Positions 40,871-50,232 of a DNA stretch of 64,000 bases are shown here, one piece after another. The DNA is from an uncultured Clostridia bacterium. Lineage in GTDB: Bacteria > Bacillota > Clostridia > Christensenellales > UBA1242. Where the stretch lies: the NCBI GenBank assembly GCA_944384465.1, contig CALWTK010000002.1, positions 28,257 through 92,256 of the forward strand, in the 5' to 3' direction. The position numbers and the translations under genes are program-made. Numbering within the stretch: the stretch's first letter is position 1; each line of letters opens with the position of its first letter. Under the pieces are notes generated by a model that worked only from the letters and a program-made list of their open reading frames with translations, was not told the DNA's origin and made no database searches.

Positions 40871-42158
40871 TATCATTGGGGCAGGATTGGCAGGGTGTGA
40901 AAGCGCTCTGTATTTGGCGAACAAGGGCTACCTTGTTCATCTTTTTGATATTAAAGGAAAGTCAAGGACTCCTGCTCATCATACTGATGACTTAGCAGAA
41001 ATAGTGTGTAGTAATTCATTTAAAAGTGATGATGAAAACACTGCATCTGGTGTATTCAAAAGAGAACTTACACTATTAGGCAGTGAGTTGCTGAAAACCG
41101 CTTATGAAAATAAGGTACCGGCAGGACAGGCTCTAGCGGTAGATAGAGAAAAATTTTCTACTGAGATTACTGCAAAAATAATGAACAATAAAAATATAAT
41201 TTACCACAGCGAAGAAGTCTCAAGCATTGAAAAAGATGCAATAACTATCATTGCTACAGGACCCTTGACGACAGATAAAATGTGTCTTGCCCTAAAAGAT
41301 TTGATTGGTACAGATTTTTTATATTTTTATGACGCGGCAGCACCCATCATTTCAGCTGACTCTATAGACATGAACAAGGCATATTTCAAAGCAAGATATG
41401 ACAAAGGAGACGCAGCTTATCTCAATTGTCCTATGAACAAAGATGAGTATACAAAATTTTACAACGAACTTATAGGAGCAAGGACCATTCAGCTGCATTC
41501 GTTTGAAAAGAATAACATTTTTGAGAGTTGTATGCCGATAGAAATTTTGGCAAAACGTGGAGTAGATGCCATTAGATTTGGTCCACTGAAACCTGTAGGA
41601 TTAAAAAATCCGAAAAATTTTGACAAACCATATGCCGTCGTTCAGTTGAGAAAAGAAAATAAATGTGCTACAATGTATAATATGGTTGGCTTTCAGACCA
41701 ATCTCACATTTCCAGAGCAAAAGCGCGTGTTCAGACTGATTCCTGGATTAGAAAATGCCGAATTCTTGCGCTACGGGGTGATGCATACCAATCATTTTGT
41801 CAATTTCCCAAAATGTTTAGATGTATATTCGCGTGTCAAGAATAATACTAATGTATTTATAGCGGGACAGCTCAGCGGAGTGGAAGGATATGTAGAAAGT
41901 ATTGCCAGCGGATTGTATTGTGCCATCAATGTTTCTCGCATGCTTGAAGGAAAATCACTTATAAGATTTTCATCAGATACCATTATCGGTGGATTATATA
42001 ATTATTTAATCAATGCAAACACTGACAATTTTCAACCAATCAACGCCAATTTTGGCATTTTGAATCCTATTGATGAACGCGACAAGCAAAAACGATATGA
42101 ATTGTATAGATTGCGCTCGCTGAAGGAAATTGAAAAACTAACTAAAATGAAAGATTAA
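40857..42158 (+). CDS. trmFO: folate-dependent tRNA (U54) methyltransferase TrmFO
   Basis: INIIGAGLAGCE FAD motif, VCSNSFKS, GQLSGVEGYVES. Confidence 0.92.
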   Translation: MLKINIIGAGLAGCESALYLANKGYLVHLFDIKGKSRTPAHHTDDLAEIVCSNSFKSDDENTASGVFKRELTLLGSELLKTAYENKVPAGQALAVDREKFSTEITAKIMNNKNIIYHSEEVSSIEKDAITIIATGPLTTDKMCLALKDLIGTDFLYFYDAAAPIISADSIDMNKAYFKARYDKGDAAYLNCPMNKDEYTKFYNELIGARTIQLHSFEKNNIFESCMPIEILAKRGVDAIRFGPLKPVGLKNPKNFDKPYAVVQLRKENKCATMYNMVGFQTNLTFPEQKRVFRLIPGLENAEFLRYGVMHTNHFVNFPKCLDVYSRVKNNTNVFIAGQLSGVEGYVESIASGLYCAINVSRMLEGKSLIRFSSDTIIGGLYNYLINANTDNFQPINANFGILNPIDERDKQKRYELYRLRSLKEIEKLTKMKD

Positions 42159-42168
42159 AGGAGAAGAT

Positions 42169-42702
42169 ATGGAACAATTTAGAGGGACAACTATTGTTGC
42201 GGTAAAGAAGGGTGGAAAGACAGTTATCGCTGGAGACGGACAGGTAACTATGGGGCAATCTGTGATCTTGAAAGGTACCGCACACAAGGTTAGAAGATTA
42301 TATGATGACAAAGTAGTAGTGGGTTTTGCTGGTGGCACTGCTGATGCTTTCGCTATGTGTGAAGAGTTCGAAAAGATGCTGAATAAATATAGCGGAAGTT
42401 TGATGCGCAGTGCAGTAGAATATGCAAAAAATATCCGTAACAGTCATCGTGGGAATGCAGAAGCGATGATGATTGTAGCAGACAAAGACACACTGTTGAT
42501 TTTGACGAGTGTGGGTGATGTGGTAGAGCCAGATGACGGAGTTTGTGCAATCGGTAGTGGCGGGAATTATGCATTGTCTGCAGCGAAAGCTTTGATCAGA
42601 AATACCGACCTAGACGCTAGAGAGATTGCAGTCAGAGCTATGGAAATAGCATCCAGTATCTGCGTTTTCACCAATACTAATTATGTGATTGAAGAGGTGT
42701 AA
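42169..42702 (+). CDS. hslV: ATP-dependent protease subunit HslV
   Basis: GTTIVAVKKGGKTVIAGDGQVT with the N-terminal Thr nucleophile context. Confidence 0.95.
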   Translation: MEQFRGTTIVAVKKGGKTVIAGDGQVTMGQSVILKGTAHKVRRLYDDKVVVGFAGGTADAFAMCEEFEKMLNKYSGSLMRSAVEYAKNIRNSHRGNAEAMMIVADKDTLLILTSVGDVVEPDDGVCAIGSGGNYALSAAKALIRNTDLDAREIAVRAMEIASSICVFTNTNYVIEEV

Positions 42703-42703
42703 T

Positions 42704-44011
42704 ATGATGACATGTAAAGAGATTGTAAAGAATTTAGATATGTATATCGTCGGTCAAGCTAAGGCAAAACGCGCTGTTGCAATAGCTTTGAGAAACAGAT
42801 ATAGACGAAGCAAATTGCCAAAAGAATTGAGCGATGAAATCACTCCTAAAAACATTATATTGAAAGGACCTACTGGCGTTGGTAAAACTGAAATTGCTAG
42901 AAGACTAGCAAAATTGGTCAATGCTCCATTTGTGAAAGTGGAAGCTACCAAGTATACAGAAGTAGGTTACGTTGGTCGTGATGTAGAGAGCATGATACGT
43001 GATTTGGTAGAAGCGTCTGTAAGGATTGTTCGCCAAGAATATACAGAAAAAATAAAAGATAAAGCTAGCGTTGTTGTAGACAAAAAGATCACAGATATAC
43101 TCTATCCTTTGAAAAAGGCGAACAAACCAGAAGAGGTTGATACAGAGAAATTCAGACAAAATTTCTATAAAGAATATGAGAAAGGCTTGTACAATAATGA
43201 TGTGATAGATATTGATGTCAAAGAGCAACCAAAACAAATCAACCTGCTTGACGGCGGTGGCGGTGAGATCAACATTGGGCAAATCATGGGCGGGATGTTC
43301 AAAGGTCCAAGAAAAATCAAGAAAATGACAGTAGAGAGAGCGAAAGAGATTTTGCTAGAAGAAGAATGCGAGAAGATGATAGATCCAGACATGTTGAACA
43401 AGGAAGCTATATTCAGAGCAGAGCAGGAAGGCATCATCTTCATAGATGAGATTGACAAGATCGCCGCCAAGAAAAACAATGGGCAAGATGTCTCTAGAGA
43501 GGGCGTGCAACGTGATATTTTACCTATTGTAGAAGGCAGCGTCGTAAACACTAAATATGGTGTAGTTCATACGGATTATATCCTATTTATAGCGGCAGGT
43601 GCGTTCCACATTGCCAGCGTGAGTGATCTTATTCCAGAGCTCCAAGGACGTTTTCCAATCCAAGTAGAATTAGATAGCCTTGACAAAAATGACTTCAAAA
43701 AGATTTTGACAATACCACAAAATGCTATCACAACTCAGTACGAACAACTCCTGAAAGTGGACAATATTGATCTAGAGTTTACGGAAGATGCGATTGATGC
43801 CATAGCGGAGTTGGCAGCGGATGAAAATGAAACTAATGAAAATATAGGAGCAAGACGTTTGCAGACTATCATGGAAATGCTTTTAGAAGATATCTCATTT
43901 AATGCCAGCGAAGAAAATCCGGTCGTGAAAGTAAAAATTGACAGACAATTTGTTGTGTCCACCATGAAAGATTTGATTCATACGCATGATTTCAAAAAAT
44001 ATGTTCTGTAA
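42704..44011 (+). CDS. hslU: ATP-dependent protease ATPase subunit HslU
   Basis: GPTGVGKTEIARRLA, GIIFIDEIDK, GARRLQTIME. The track start at 42689 overlaps hslV. Confidence 0.95.
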   Translation: MMTCKEIVKNLDMYIVGQAKAKRAVAIALRNRYRRSKLPKELSDEITPKNIILKGPTGVGKTEIARRLAKLVNAPFVKVEATKYTEVGYVGRDVESMIRDLVEASVRIVRQEYTEKIKDKASVVVDKKITDILYPLKKANKPEEVDTEKFRQNFYKEYEKGLYNNDVIDIDVKEQPKQINLLDGGGGEINIGQIMGGMFKGPRKIKKMTVERAKEILLEEECEKMIDPDMLNKEAIFRAEQEGIIFIDEIDKIAAKKNNGQDVSREGVQRDILPIVEGSVVNTKYGVVHTDYILFIAAGAFHIASVSDLIPELQGRFPIQVELDSLDKNDFKKILTIPQNAITTQYEQLLKVDNIDLEFTEDAIDAIAELAADENETNENIGARRLQTIMEMLLEDISFNASEENPVVKVKIDRQFVVSTMKDLIHTHDFKKYVL

Positions 44012-44104
44012 AAATCGATTATTTAGATGTGAACTGTTTATTTGAACAAATTCCGATTTAATTCAAGAAACAATGATATAATTCTAAAAAAAAGATAAAG
44101 ATCA

Positions 44105-44797
44105 ATGACTGATGCAATGCAATTTTTAGATAGATTTAGACTTATGATAGGAGATAAAAATATTGGGAAAATAGTAAAAACTCGTATCATAATTTTTGGT
44201 GTCGGTGGAGTCGGGAGCGCTGTGGCACAGTTTTTGGTTAGGTCAGGTGTATCTTATCTTGATATAGTAGATTTTGACAGAATTGATGTCACAAATATAA
44301 ATAGGCAACTAGTTGCATTTCAGTCAAATATAGGGATGATGAAAGTCGATGAAATGAAACGTCAGCTTTTAGATATCAATCCAAATTTAAGTATTGAGAC
44401 TTTTCCTTTCAAATTAGATGGGGATACTATAAGTAAGATTAATTTTTCAAACTATGATATCATCATTGATTGTATTGATGATTTGAAAGCAAAAAAACTA
44501 TTAATAAAGTCTGCCCATGAACATAAAATTTACATTTTGTCATGCATGGGAGCGGGAAATAGATTTAAAGATTTTCCAAAATTTGAAATAGACGACATTC
44601 ACAAAACTTCGTATGACCCTATAGCTAAAATTATAAGGAAATTTTGCACCCAAGAAGGAATAAATCATCTTGATGTATGCTATACTAAACAAAAGGCTAT
44701 GAAAATTGATTGCAAAGCTATTGGAAGTGTGGTATACTATCCAATAAGTATGGCAACTGTCGTCTCAACTAAAATTATAAATAAAATTATTGAATAG
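44105..44797 (+). CDS. tcdA: ThiF/MoeB-family E1-like protein, TcdA/CsdL-like (tRNA ct6A dehydratase family)
   Basis: IIIFGVGGVGSAVAQFLVRSG, DVTNINRQ, CIDD, MGAGN and KTSYDPIAKIIRK parallel E. coli TcdA as I recall it. Confidence 0.7.
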   Translation: MTDAMQFLDRFRLMIGDKNIGKIVKTRIIIFGVGGVGSAVAQFLVRSGVSYLDIVDFDRIDVTNINRQLVAFQSNIGMMKVDEMKRQLLDINPNLSIETFPFKLDGDTISKINFSNYDIIIDCIDDLKAKKLLIKSAHEHKIYILSCMGAGNRFKDFPKFEIDDIHKTSYDPIAKIIRKFCTQEGINHLDVCYTKQKAMKIDCKAIGSVVYYPISMATVVSTKIINKIIE

Positions 44798-44806
44798 GAG
44801 AGAAAT

Positions 44807-45136
44807 ATGGATATAGTTAATGAAGAAAATTTTGATGATATAATCAATAAAAAGACTTTGACAGTAGTAGATTTTTCTGCATCTTGGTGCATGCCATGTA
44901 GGATGCTGAAACCTATTCTAGAGAGAGTGGCTGAAAAATTAGACAATATTGATTTTTACAATCTCGACATTGATGAGAGTGAAGATATTGCTAAAAGATA
45001 TCGCGTGTTTAGCGTACCTACCATCATCTGCTTCAAAGAAGGTAAGAAAGTCGACAGCATGGTTGGACTCAATTCGTATGACGATGTAATGGAATTCATC
45101 CTTCGTTGTGAAAAGACGGATGTCAATGAAAATTAA
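44807..45136 (+). CDS. trxA: thioredoxin with a WCMPC active site
   Basis: VVDFSASWCMPCRMLKP, VFSVPT (cis-Pro). Confidence 0.85.
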   Translation: MDIVNEENFDDIINKKTLTVVDFSASWCMPCRMLKPILERVAEKLDNIDFYNLDIDESEDIAKRYRVFSVPTIICFKEGKKVDSMVGLNSYDDVMEFILRCEKTDVNEN

Positions 45137-45158
45137 GTGCTTATAGCACTTTTTTTTA
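45135..45158 (+). terminator. thioredoxin intrinsic terminator
   Basis: AGTGCT-tat-AGCACT followed by TTTTTTT. Confidence 0.6.
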
Positions 45159-45226
45159 TTTATTTATAATTATCACTATTGACAAAACTGCTATATTATG
45201 ATAAATTTTAAATGGAGATTAAATTT

Positions 45227-46420
45227 ATGGAAAGAATTTATTTAGATAATGCAGCGACAACGTCTCTTGGTGCTGAAGTCTTGAATTCTATGATGCCTGT
45301 CATGACTGATGTCTTTGGCAATACCTCTTCCGTGCATTCGTTTGGAAGAGATGCTGCTAGGCTTGTAGATGAGAGTAGAGATATTATTGCAAATAGTATC
45401 AACGCAAAATCAAATGAAATTTATTTTACTGCCAGCGGCTGCGAAGCGAACACTTGGGCTATGATTGGTATCGCCAACGCCAACAGGAGTCATGGCAACC
45501 ACATCATCACTAGCAAGATAGAGCATCCTTCTATCATGGAAGCATGCAAATATCTAGAGAAAAATGGATTTAGTGTGACTTATCTTGACGTTGACCAAAA
45601 CGGATTTATCAGATTTGTTGACTTGTTGCGTGCAATCAAATCTAGTACAATCATGATTTCTATCATGGCAGCGAACAACGAAATTGGCACAATCCAAAAT
45701 CTGAAAGCAATCGCTCAAACCGCTCACGAAAAAGGTATAATTTTTCATACTGACGCAGTGCAGTTGTATGGGAATATGTATCTAGATGTGAAAGATATTG
45801 GGATTGACGCTATGACCATGTCTGCGCACAAGATTTATGGACCTAAAGGTGTGGGATGTTTGTATGTATCTAATAATATAAAGATTGACACTATCATTTT
45901 TGGCGGAAATCAAGAGCGTAGTAAACGTGGCGGTACGACTAACACCGCTGGCATTGTCGGATTTGCAAAAGCTGTGGAGATAGCTAATCGTGATATGCGT
46001 ACTAATAATCACAAAGTGCGCCTATTGAGCGAGTATTTCATTTCTAAATTGACCGAAAATGTAGAGAACATTGTAATCAATGCCCACATCAAACAAAAGT
46101 TGCCACAGATTATATCTGTCACGTTCATAGGAGTTGATGGTGAAAGTCTTATGACGAAATTGGACTTAAACGGGGTGGCGGTCTCTACTGGAAGCGCTTG
46201 CTCAACAAATAGTTTGACAGTATCTAATGTGCTGACTGCTATAGGGCTAACAAATGACAACGCTCGTAGCACAATTAGATTTAGCTTAAGTAAGAATAAT
46301 TCGTATGATGAAATTGATAAAGCAATCACTATCATCAAACGATGTGTAGACGAATTGCGCGCATATTCTTCAACTTATGGCATAAAGACACGTAAGAGAA
46401 AGGGGGATAAGAATGTTTAG
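45227..46420 (+). CDS. nifS: cysteine desulfurase (NifS/IscS class)
   Basis: MERIYLDNAATT, SAHKIYGPKG (PLP Lys), STGSACS (active Cys). The track start at 45212 is less well spaced from GGAG. Confidence 0.92.
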   Translation: MERIYLDNAATTSLGAEVLNSMMPVMTDVFGNTSSVHSFGRDAARLVDESRDIIANSINAKSNEIYFTASGCEANTWAMIGIANANRSHGNHIITSKIEHPSIMEACKYLEKNGFSVTYLDVDQNGFIRFVDLLRAIKSSTIMISIMAANNEIGTIQNLKAIAQTAHEKGIIFHTDAVQLYGNMYLDVKDIGIDAMTMSAHKIYGPKGVGCLYVSNNIKIDTIIFGGNQERSKRGGTTNTAGIVGFAKAVEIANRDMRTNNHKVRLLSEYFISKLTENVENIVINAHIKQKLPQIISVTFIGVDGESLMTKLDLNGVAVSTGSACSTNSLTVSNVLTAIGLTNDNARSTIRFSLSKNNSYDEIDKAITIIKRCVDELRAYSSTYGIKTRKRKGDKNV

Positions 46421-46796
46421 TAATATTGTTTTAAATATTTTTGAAAACCCTAAAAATGCGGGCAGGATATCCAAACCGGATGGTATTGCTGACGTATACA
46501 ATGAAGATTTGACCGCTAATGTTGAATTTTCTTTGAGAATAGTCAGCGGAATCATCACAGATTGCAAATTTAGGGCACAGGCAAATCCATATATTATTGC
46601 GATATGCTCAACTATCACTGAAATGGTGAAAAGGAAAATGGTAGATATGGTTTTCCTTGACCCATATGGAGTAAAAAATCAACTAGGGGACGATCAACCT
46701 ATTGATATCATGTTCTGCATTGATTGCGTGAAGATGGCGATAGATGATTACAAAGCAAAGTTAGAAAAAGCGAAAAAAGACTCCGCTACAGAATAA
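46413..46796 (+). CDS. IscU/NifU-like protein lacking two of the three canonical cluster cysteines
   Basis: The fold-level motifs align with clostridial IscU: FENPKNAGRI, CKFRAQ, TEMVKRK, MFCIDCV, AIDDYKAKL. However, GNxxCGD is replaced by YNEDLTAN and FGCG by AQANPY. Confidence 0.7.
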   Translation: MFSNIVLNIFENPKNAGRISKPDGIADVYNEDLTANVEFSLRIVSGIITDCKFRAQANPYIIAICSTITEMVKRKMVDMVFLDPYGVKNQLGDDQPIDIMFCIDCVKMAIDDYKAKLEKAKKDSATE

Positions 46797-46873
46797 AATA
46801 ATACGAATTAACGTGATTTATATTTGATACTAAATATACTTTTACTTTAAAATTATAAAATTACTAAAAAATT

Positions 46874-46901
46874 TTGACTTTTCCTAAAATTTACATATAA
46901 T
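46874..46901 (+). promoter_or_regulatory. sigma-A-like promoter firing directly into a terminator hairpin
   Basis: TTGACT(46874..46879)-16 nt-TATAAT(46896..46901). Confidence 0.4.
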
Positions 46902-46908
46902 TATATAT

Positions 46909-46955
46909 AAACTTGAAGGTCGAGCTACGTGCTCTAGTGGCTTCAAGTTTTTTTA
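46909..46955 (+). terminator. strong intrinsic terminator or candidate ~45-nt sRNA body
   Basis: AAACTTGAAG(46909..46918) pairs with CTTCAAGTTT(46941..46950). An inner GAGC-tacgt-GCTC stem is possible. A T-run follows. Confidence 0.6.
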
Positions 46956-47168
46956 TTTTAGAATGAATTTGATAGTAATATCTAGAAATAGAATTATTTA
47001 GCAAATATCAACAAAAATTATGCATAATCTATATTTAGGGAAGATTATAGAAAACAATATAAATATGTTCTAATCAATAATCAATTCAATAATCAATTTC
47101 GCGACAAAATTTATAACAAATTCTACATAATTAGTCAAATTTAGCAAATAATATCACTAGGAGGAACT

Positions 47169-47351
47169 ATGAAAGAATTGATTATTGGTATGGGCATTGG
47201 TTTTGTTGTCGGAGCCATTGTCTGCAAAGTAAATAAACCAGTAGCTGACACGATAGAAAAAGGTGTTGAAAAGAGCAAAGAAATTATTGAAGATATCAAG
47301 GACGAAGTAAAAACTCAAACGCAAAAAGCTAAAAATAAACAAGAAAATTAA
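47169..47351 (+). CDS. small membrane-anchored protein, YtxH-like
   Basis: RBS TAGGAGGA. N-terminal TM segment LIIGMGIGFVVGAIV followed by a charged helical tail. Confidence 0.55.
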   Translation: MKELIIGMGIGFVVGAIVCKVNKPVADTIEKGVEKSKEIIEDIKDEVKTQTQKAKNKQEN

Positions 47352-47492
47352 TTGTAATAAATGATTTTAAAGAGTCGCATATTTTGCGATTTCTTTTTTA
47401 TTTCGGATTATAGACAAGTTAAATGAAATATTATTTAAATAATTATAAAAAATATGTTTTACAAATTATAATAAATTTGCTAAAATTATATC

Positions 47493-47903
47493 ATGAAAGC
47501 AATGGGAATTGATTTTGGTTTAGCACGAATAGGTATTGCTTTATCTGATGAGACAAAATTTCTTGCATCCCCATACATGACTTTAAAGCGAAAGGGTGAT
47601 GAGTCTGACATTGACAGATTGCTAGACATTATAAAGAAAGAAAAGGTAGATGAAATAGTGTGCGGTTTGCCATATAATATGCAGGGCGAGGAGCAAAATA
47701 TTGCTTCAAAGACACGTGCTTTTATGGGTAAATTGGCTAGTCAAACTGGGCTTGAAATTCATTATGTGGACGAAAGATTGTCATCAGTTATGGCTGAAGA
47801 TATTTTGAAAAACACTGAACGGGACTGGAAGAAGCGAAAGGAAAAATTGGACAGTGTTGCCGCGTCAATCATATTGCAAGATTATTTAGATATAAGGAGA
47901 TAA
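47493..47903 (+). CDS. ruvX: Holliday-junction-resolvase-like nuclease RuvX/YqgF
   Basis: MKAMGIDFGLARIGIALSD..VDERLSS. Confidence 0.9.
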   Translation: MKAMGIDFGLARIGIALSDETKFLASPYMTLKRKGDESDIDRLLDIIKKEKVDEIVCGLPYNMQGEEQNIASKTRAFMGKLASQTGLEIHYVDERLSSVMAEDILKNTERDWKKRKEKLDSVAASIILQDYLDIRR

Positions 47904-47904
47904 A

Positions 47905-48237
47905 ATGAAAGATTTAAGAGATGAAATTAATTCAAAGAAAAAATTTAAAGCAAAAGATCCTATCAAACAAATCCTGGACGAAAAGAATAATGAAAATGTC
48001 ATTTTATACGATGCAGATCAAAATCCTATTGAGTTTGAACAGGTTGCAGTAATTCCGCTAGAGAGGACGGGCAAATTGTATGCTATCTTGATCCCTGTGA
48101 CTCCTATGAAAGATGTGGAAGAGGGTGAGGGAGTACTGTTCGTCATCGATGAAGATGCTTGGGACCTAGACATAGAACGCGACCCTAATGTCATTGATGA
48201 AGTGCTAGAAATATATAAAAAATTGATAGAAGATTAA
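47905..48237 (+). CDS. DUF1292 family protein (YrzB-like)
   Basis: Small acidic protein directly after ruvX, its conserved position; EFEQVAVIPLERTGKLYAIL. Confidence 0.7.
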   Translation: MKDLRDEINSKKKFKAKDPIKQILDEKNNENVILYDADQNPIEFEQVAVIPLERTGKLYAILIPVTPMKDVEEGEGVLFVIDEDAWDLDIERDPNVIDEVLEIYKKLIED

Positions 48238-48245
48238 AATTTTTA

Positions 48246-48274
48246 TTGACAAAATATCATATTTTTGCTAATAT
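48246..48274 (+). promoter_or_regulatory. rpsB-tsf promoter
   Basis: TTGACA(48246..48251)-17 nt-TAATAT(48269..48274). Confidence 0.6.
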
Positions 48275-48378
48275 CAACAATGTTCAATGAAAAGCACCTA
48301 TCATGATTGCTAGTCTGTTGCCTTATGGTTCATAGCAAAACGATTGGTAGGGAAGTAGACAAACAGGAGGATTATATT

Positions 48379-49230
48379 ATGTCAGTTATTTCAATGAAAC
48401 AATTATTAGAAGCAGGTTGCCATTTCGGACACCAGACAAGAAAATGGAACCCAAAGATGAAAAAATACATCTTCACAGATAGAAATGATATCCATATTAT
48501 CAATCTTGAAGATACATCTAAAAAAATTGATGAAGCATACGTCTTCATCAAAGAGAAAGTGCTAGCTGGTGCTAATGTCTTATTTATTGGTACCAAAAAG
48601 CAGGCTGTCGAGACAGTGAAACAAGAAGCAGAACGTTCTGGTATGTTCTACATCAATTCACGTTGGTTGGGCGGCACGTTGACCAATTTTGTCACTATTC
48701 GTAAAAGAATTGACAGAATGAACAAACTCAATAATATGGAAGCATTGGGCGATTTTGATTTGTTGCCTAAAAAAGAAGTGGCTAAACTAAAAGCTGAGAG
48801 AGACAAACTAGCTGTCAACCTATCTGGTATCAAAGATATGACATCTCTTCCAGGCTTGATCATATTGGTTGACCCACATACTGAACACATTGCCGTGAGA
48901 GAAGCAAAGAAATTGCACATCCCTACAGTTGGTATTGTAGACACAAACAGCGATCCAGACGATGTAGACGTTTGCATCCCTGCTAACGATGATGCTATCG
49001 GTTCAATTAAATTAATTTTAAGCGTTTTGACCGATGCTATATTGGAAGCTAAAGGTGGAGTAATCTTGCACGACTTGAATGCTAAAGATGACGAAGTGTC
49101 TATGGAAGCAATGGTCAGTGGCGATATTGTAAAAGATGAAGAAAAACCTGAAGAAAAGAAAAAACGTCCAGCAAAGAAACAAAAGAAAGTGGATGAAAAG
49201 GTAGAAGAAACTCCTAGCGAAGAAAAATAA
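48379..49230 (+). CDS. rpsB: 30S ribosomal protein S2
   Basis: ORF 48307.. trimmed to ATG 48379 behind ACAGGAGG. Sequence [27 protein letters not shown], with a K/E-rich C-terminal tail. Confidence 0.95.
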   Translation: MSVISMKQLLEAGCHFGHQTRKWNPKMKKYIFTDRNDIHIINLEDTSKKIDEAYVFIKEKVLAGANVLFIGTKKQAVETVKQEAERSGMFYINSRWLGGTLTNFVTIRKRIDRMNKLNNMEALGDFDLLPKKEVAKLKAERDKLAVNLSGIKDMTSLPGLIILVDPHTEHIAVREAKKLHIPTVGIVDTNSDPDDVDVCIPANDDAIGSIKLILSVLTDAILEAKGGVILHDLNAKDDEVSMEAMVSGDIVKDEEKPEEKKKRPAKKQKKVDEKVEETPSEEK

Positions 49231-49293
49231 TATATAATAGTGTTTAATTTTTATAAAACAAAGAATAAAATAATTTTAAATTAAGGAGAATTT

Positions 49294-50181
49294 ATGAATA
49301 TTACAGCAAAAGATGTTGCAAATTTAAGAGATATGACTGGAGCAGGAATGATGGACTGCAAAAAAGCCTTGGTAGATGCTGAAGGAAACATTGACAAGGC
49401 AGTCGAACTTCTTCGTGAAAGAGGAGTAGCAAAAGCTGCTAAAAAAGAGAGCAGAATCGCTGCTGAAGGTGCAGTCGGTGCGTATGTAAACGGTGACGTT
49501 GGCGTACTTTTAGAGATCAACTGCGAATCTGACTTTGTGTCAAAAGGCGACAAATTCCAAAATATCGTCAACACTATTGCAAAAGTTATTGCTGAACAAA
49601 AACCTAAAGATATTGAAGCATTGAATTCTTGCAGTGTAGAAGGAAAAACTGTCAAAGAATATATCACAGAACAGACAGTTGTAATAGGTGAAAAACTTTC
49701 TATCCGTAGATTTGAATGTTATCAAACAAAGGGTAAAATTGAGACATATATCCACATGGGTGGTAAAGTAGGCGTCATGGTAGAAGCATATCCTTATAAT
49801 TCTGGCGAAGATATTTTACATGACGTAGCTCTTCAAATCGCTGCCGCAAAACCTAGTTATATCACTAAAGACAATGTACCTAGTGATGTGATTGAAAAAG
49901 AAAAAGAAATTTTATTGGTTCAGATGCAAAACGATGAGAAAAACGCTAATAAACCTAGAGAAATCCTTGAAAAAATCGTTACTGGTAAAATAGGAAAATA
50001 TTATACTGAAAACTGTTTGATGGATCAACCTTTTGTAAAGGATGACTCTATGACAATATCTAAATTGATTGGGGACAAATTTACAGTCGCTCGATTTGTT
50101 AGATGGGAAATGGGCGAAGGACTTGAAAAGCGTAATGACGATTTTGCTGCAGAAGTGGCTGCTCAAACAGGTAAAAATTAA
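49294..50181 (+). CDS. tsf: elongation factor Ts
   Basis: ITAKDVANLRDMTGAGMMDCKKAL. Confidence 0.95.
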   Translation: MNITAKDVANLRDMTGAGMMDCKKALVDAEGNIDKAVELLRERGVAKAAKKESRIAAEGAVGAYVNGDVGVLLEINCESDFVSKGDKFQNIVNTIAKVIAEQKPKDIEALNSCSVEGKTVKEYITEQTVVIGEKLSIRRFECYQTKGKIETYIHMGGKVGVMVEAYPYNSGEDILHDVALQIAAAKPSYITKDNVPSDVIEKEKEILLVQMQNDEKNANKPREILEKIVTGKIGKYYTENCLMDQPFVKDDSMTISKLIGDKFTVARFVRWEMGEGLEKRNDDFAAEVAAQTGKN

Positions 50182-50207
50182 TTATCAAAATTTACAATTA
50201 AAAGTAA

Positions 50208-50232
50208 AAGATGGCTTGCGCCATCTTTTTTT
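50208..50232 (+). terminator. tsf intrinsic terminator
   Basis: AAGATGGC-ttgc-GCCATCTT followed by TTTTT. Confidence 0.7.

Noticed and set aside
47157-47342. 61-aa minus-strand ORF opposite the small YtxH-like gene
   Set aside because: The plus-strand ORF has a strong RBS (TAGGAGGA) and a TM-plus-charged-tail architecture. The antisense ORF has neither.
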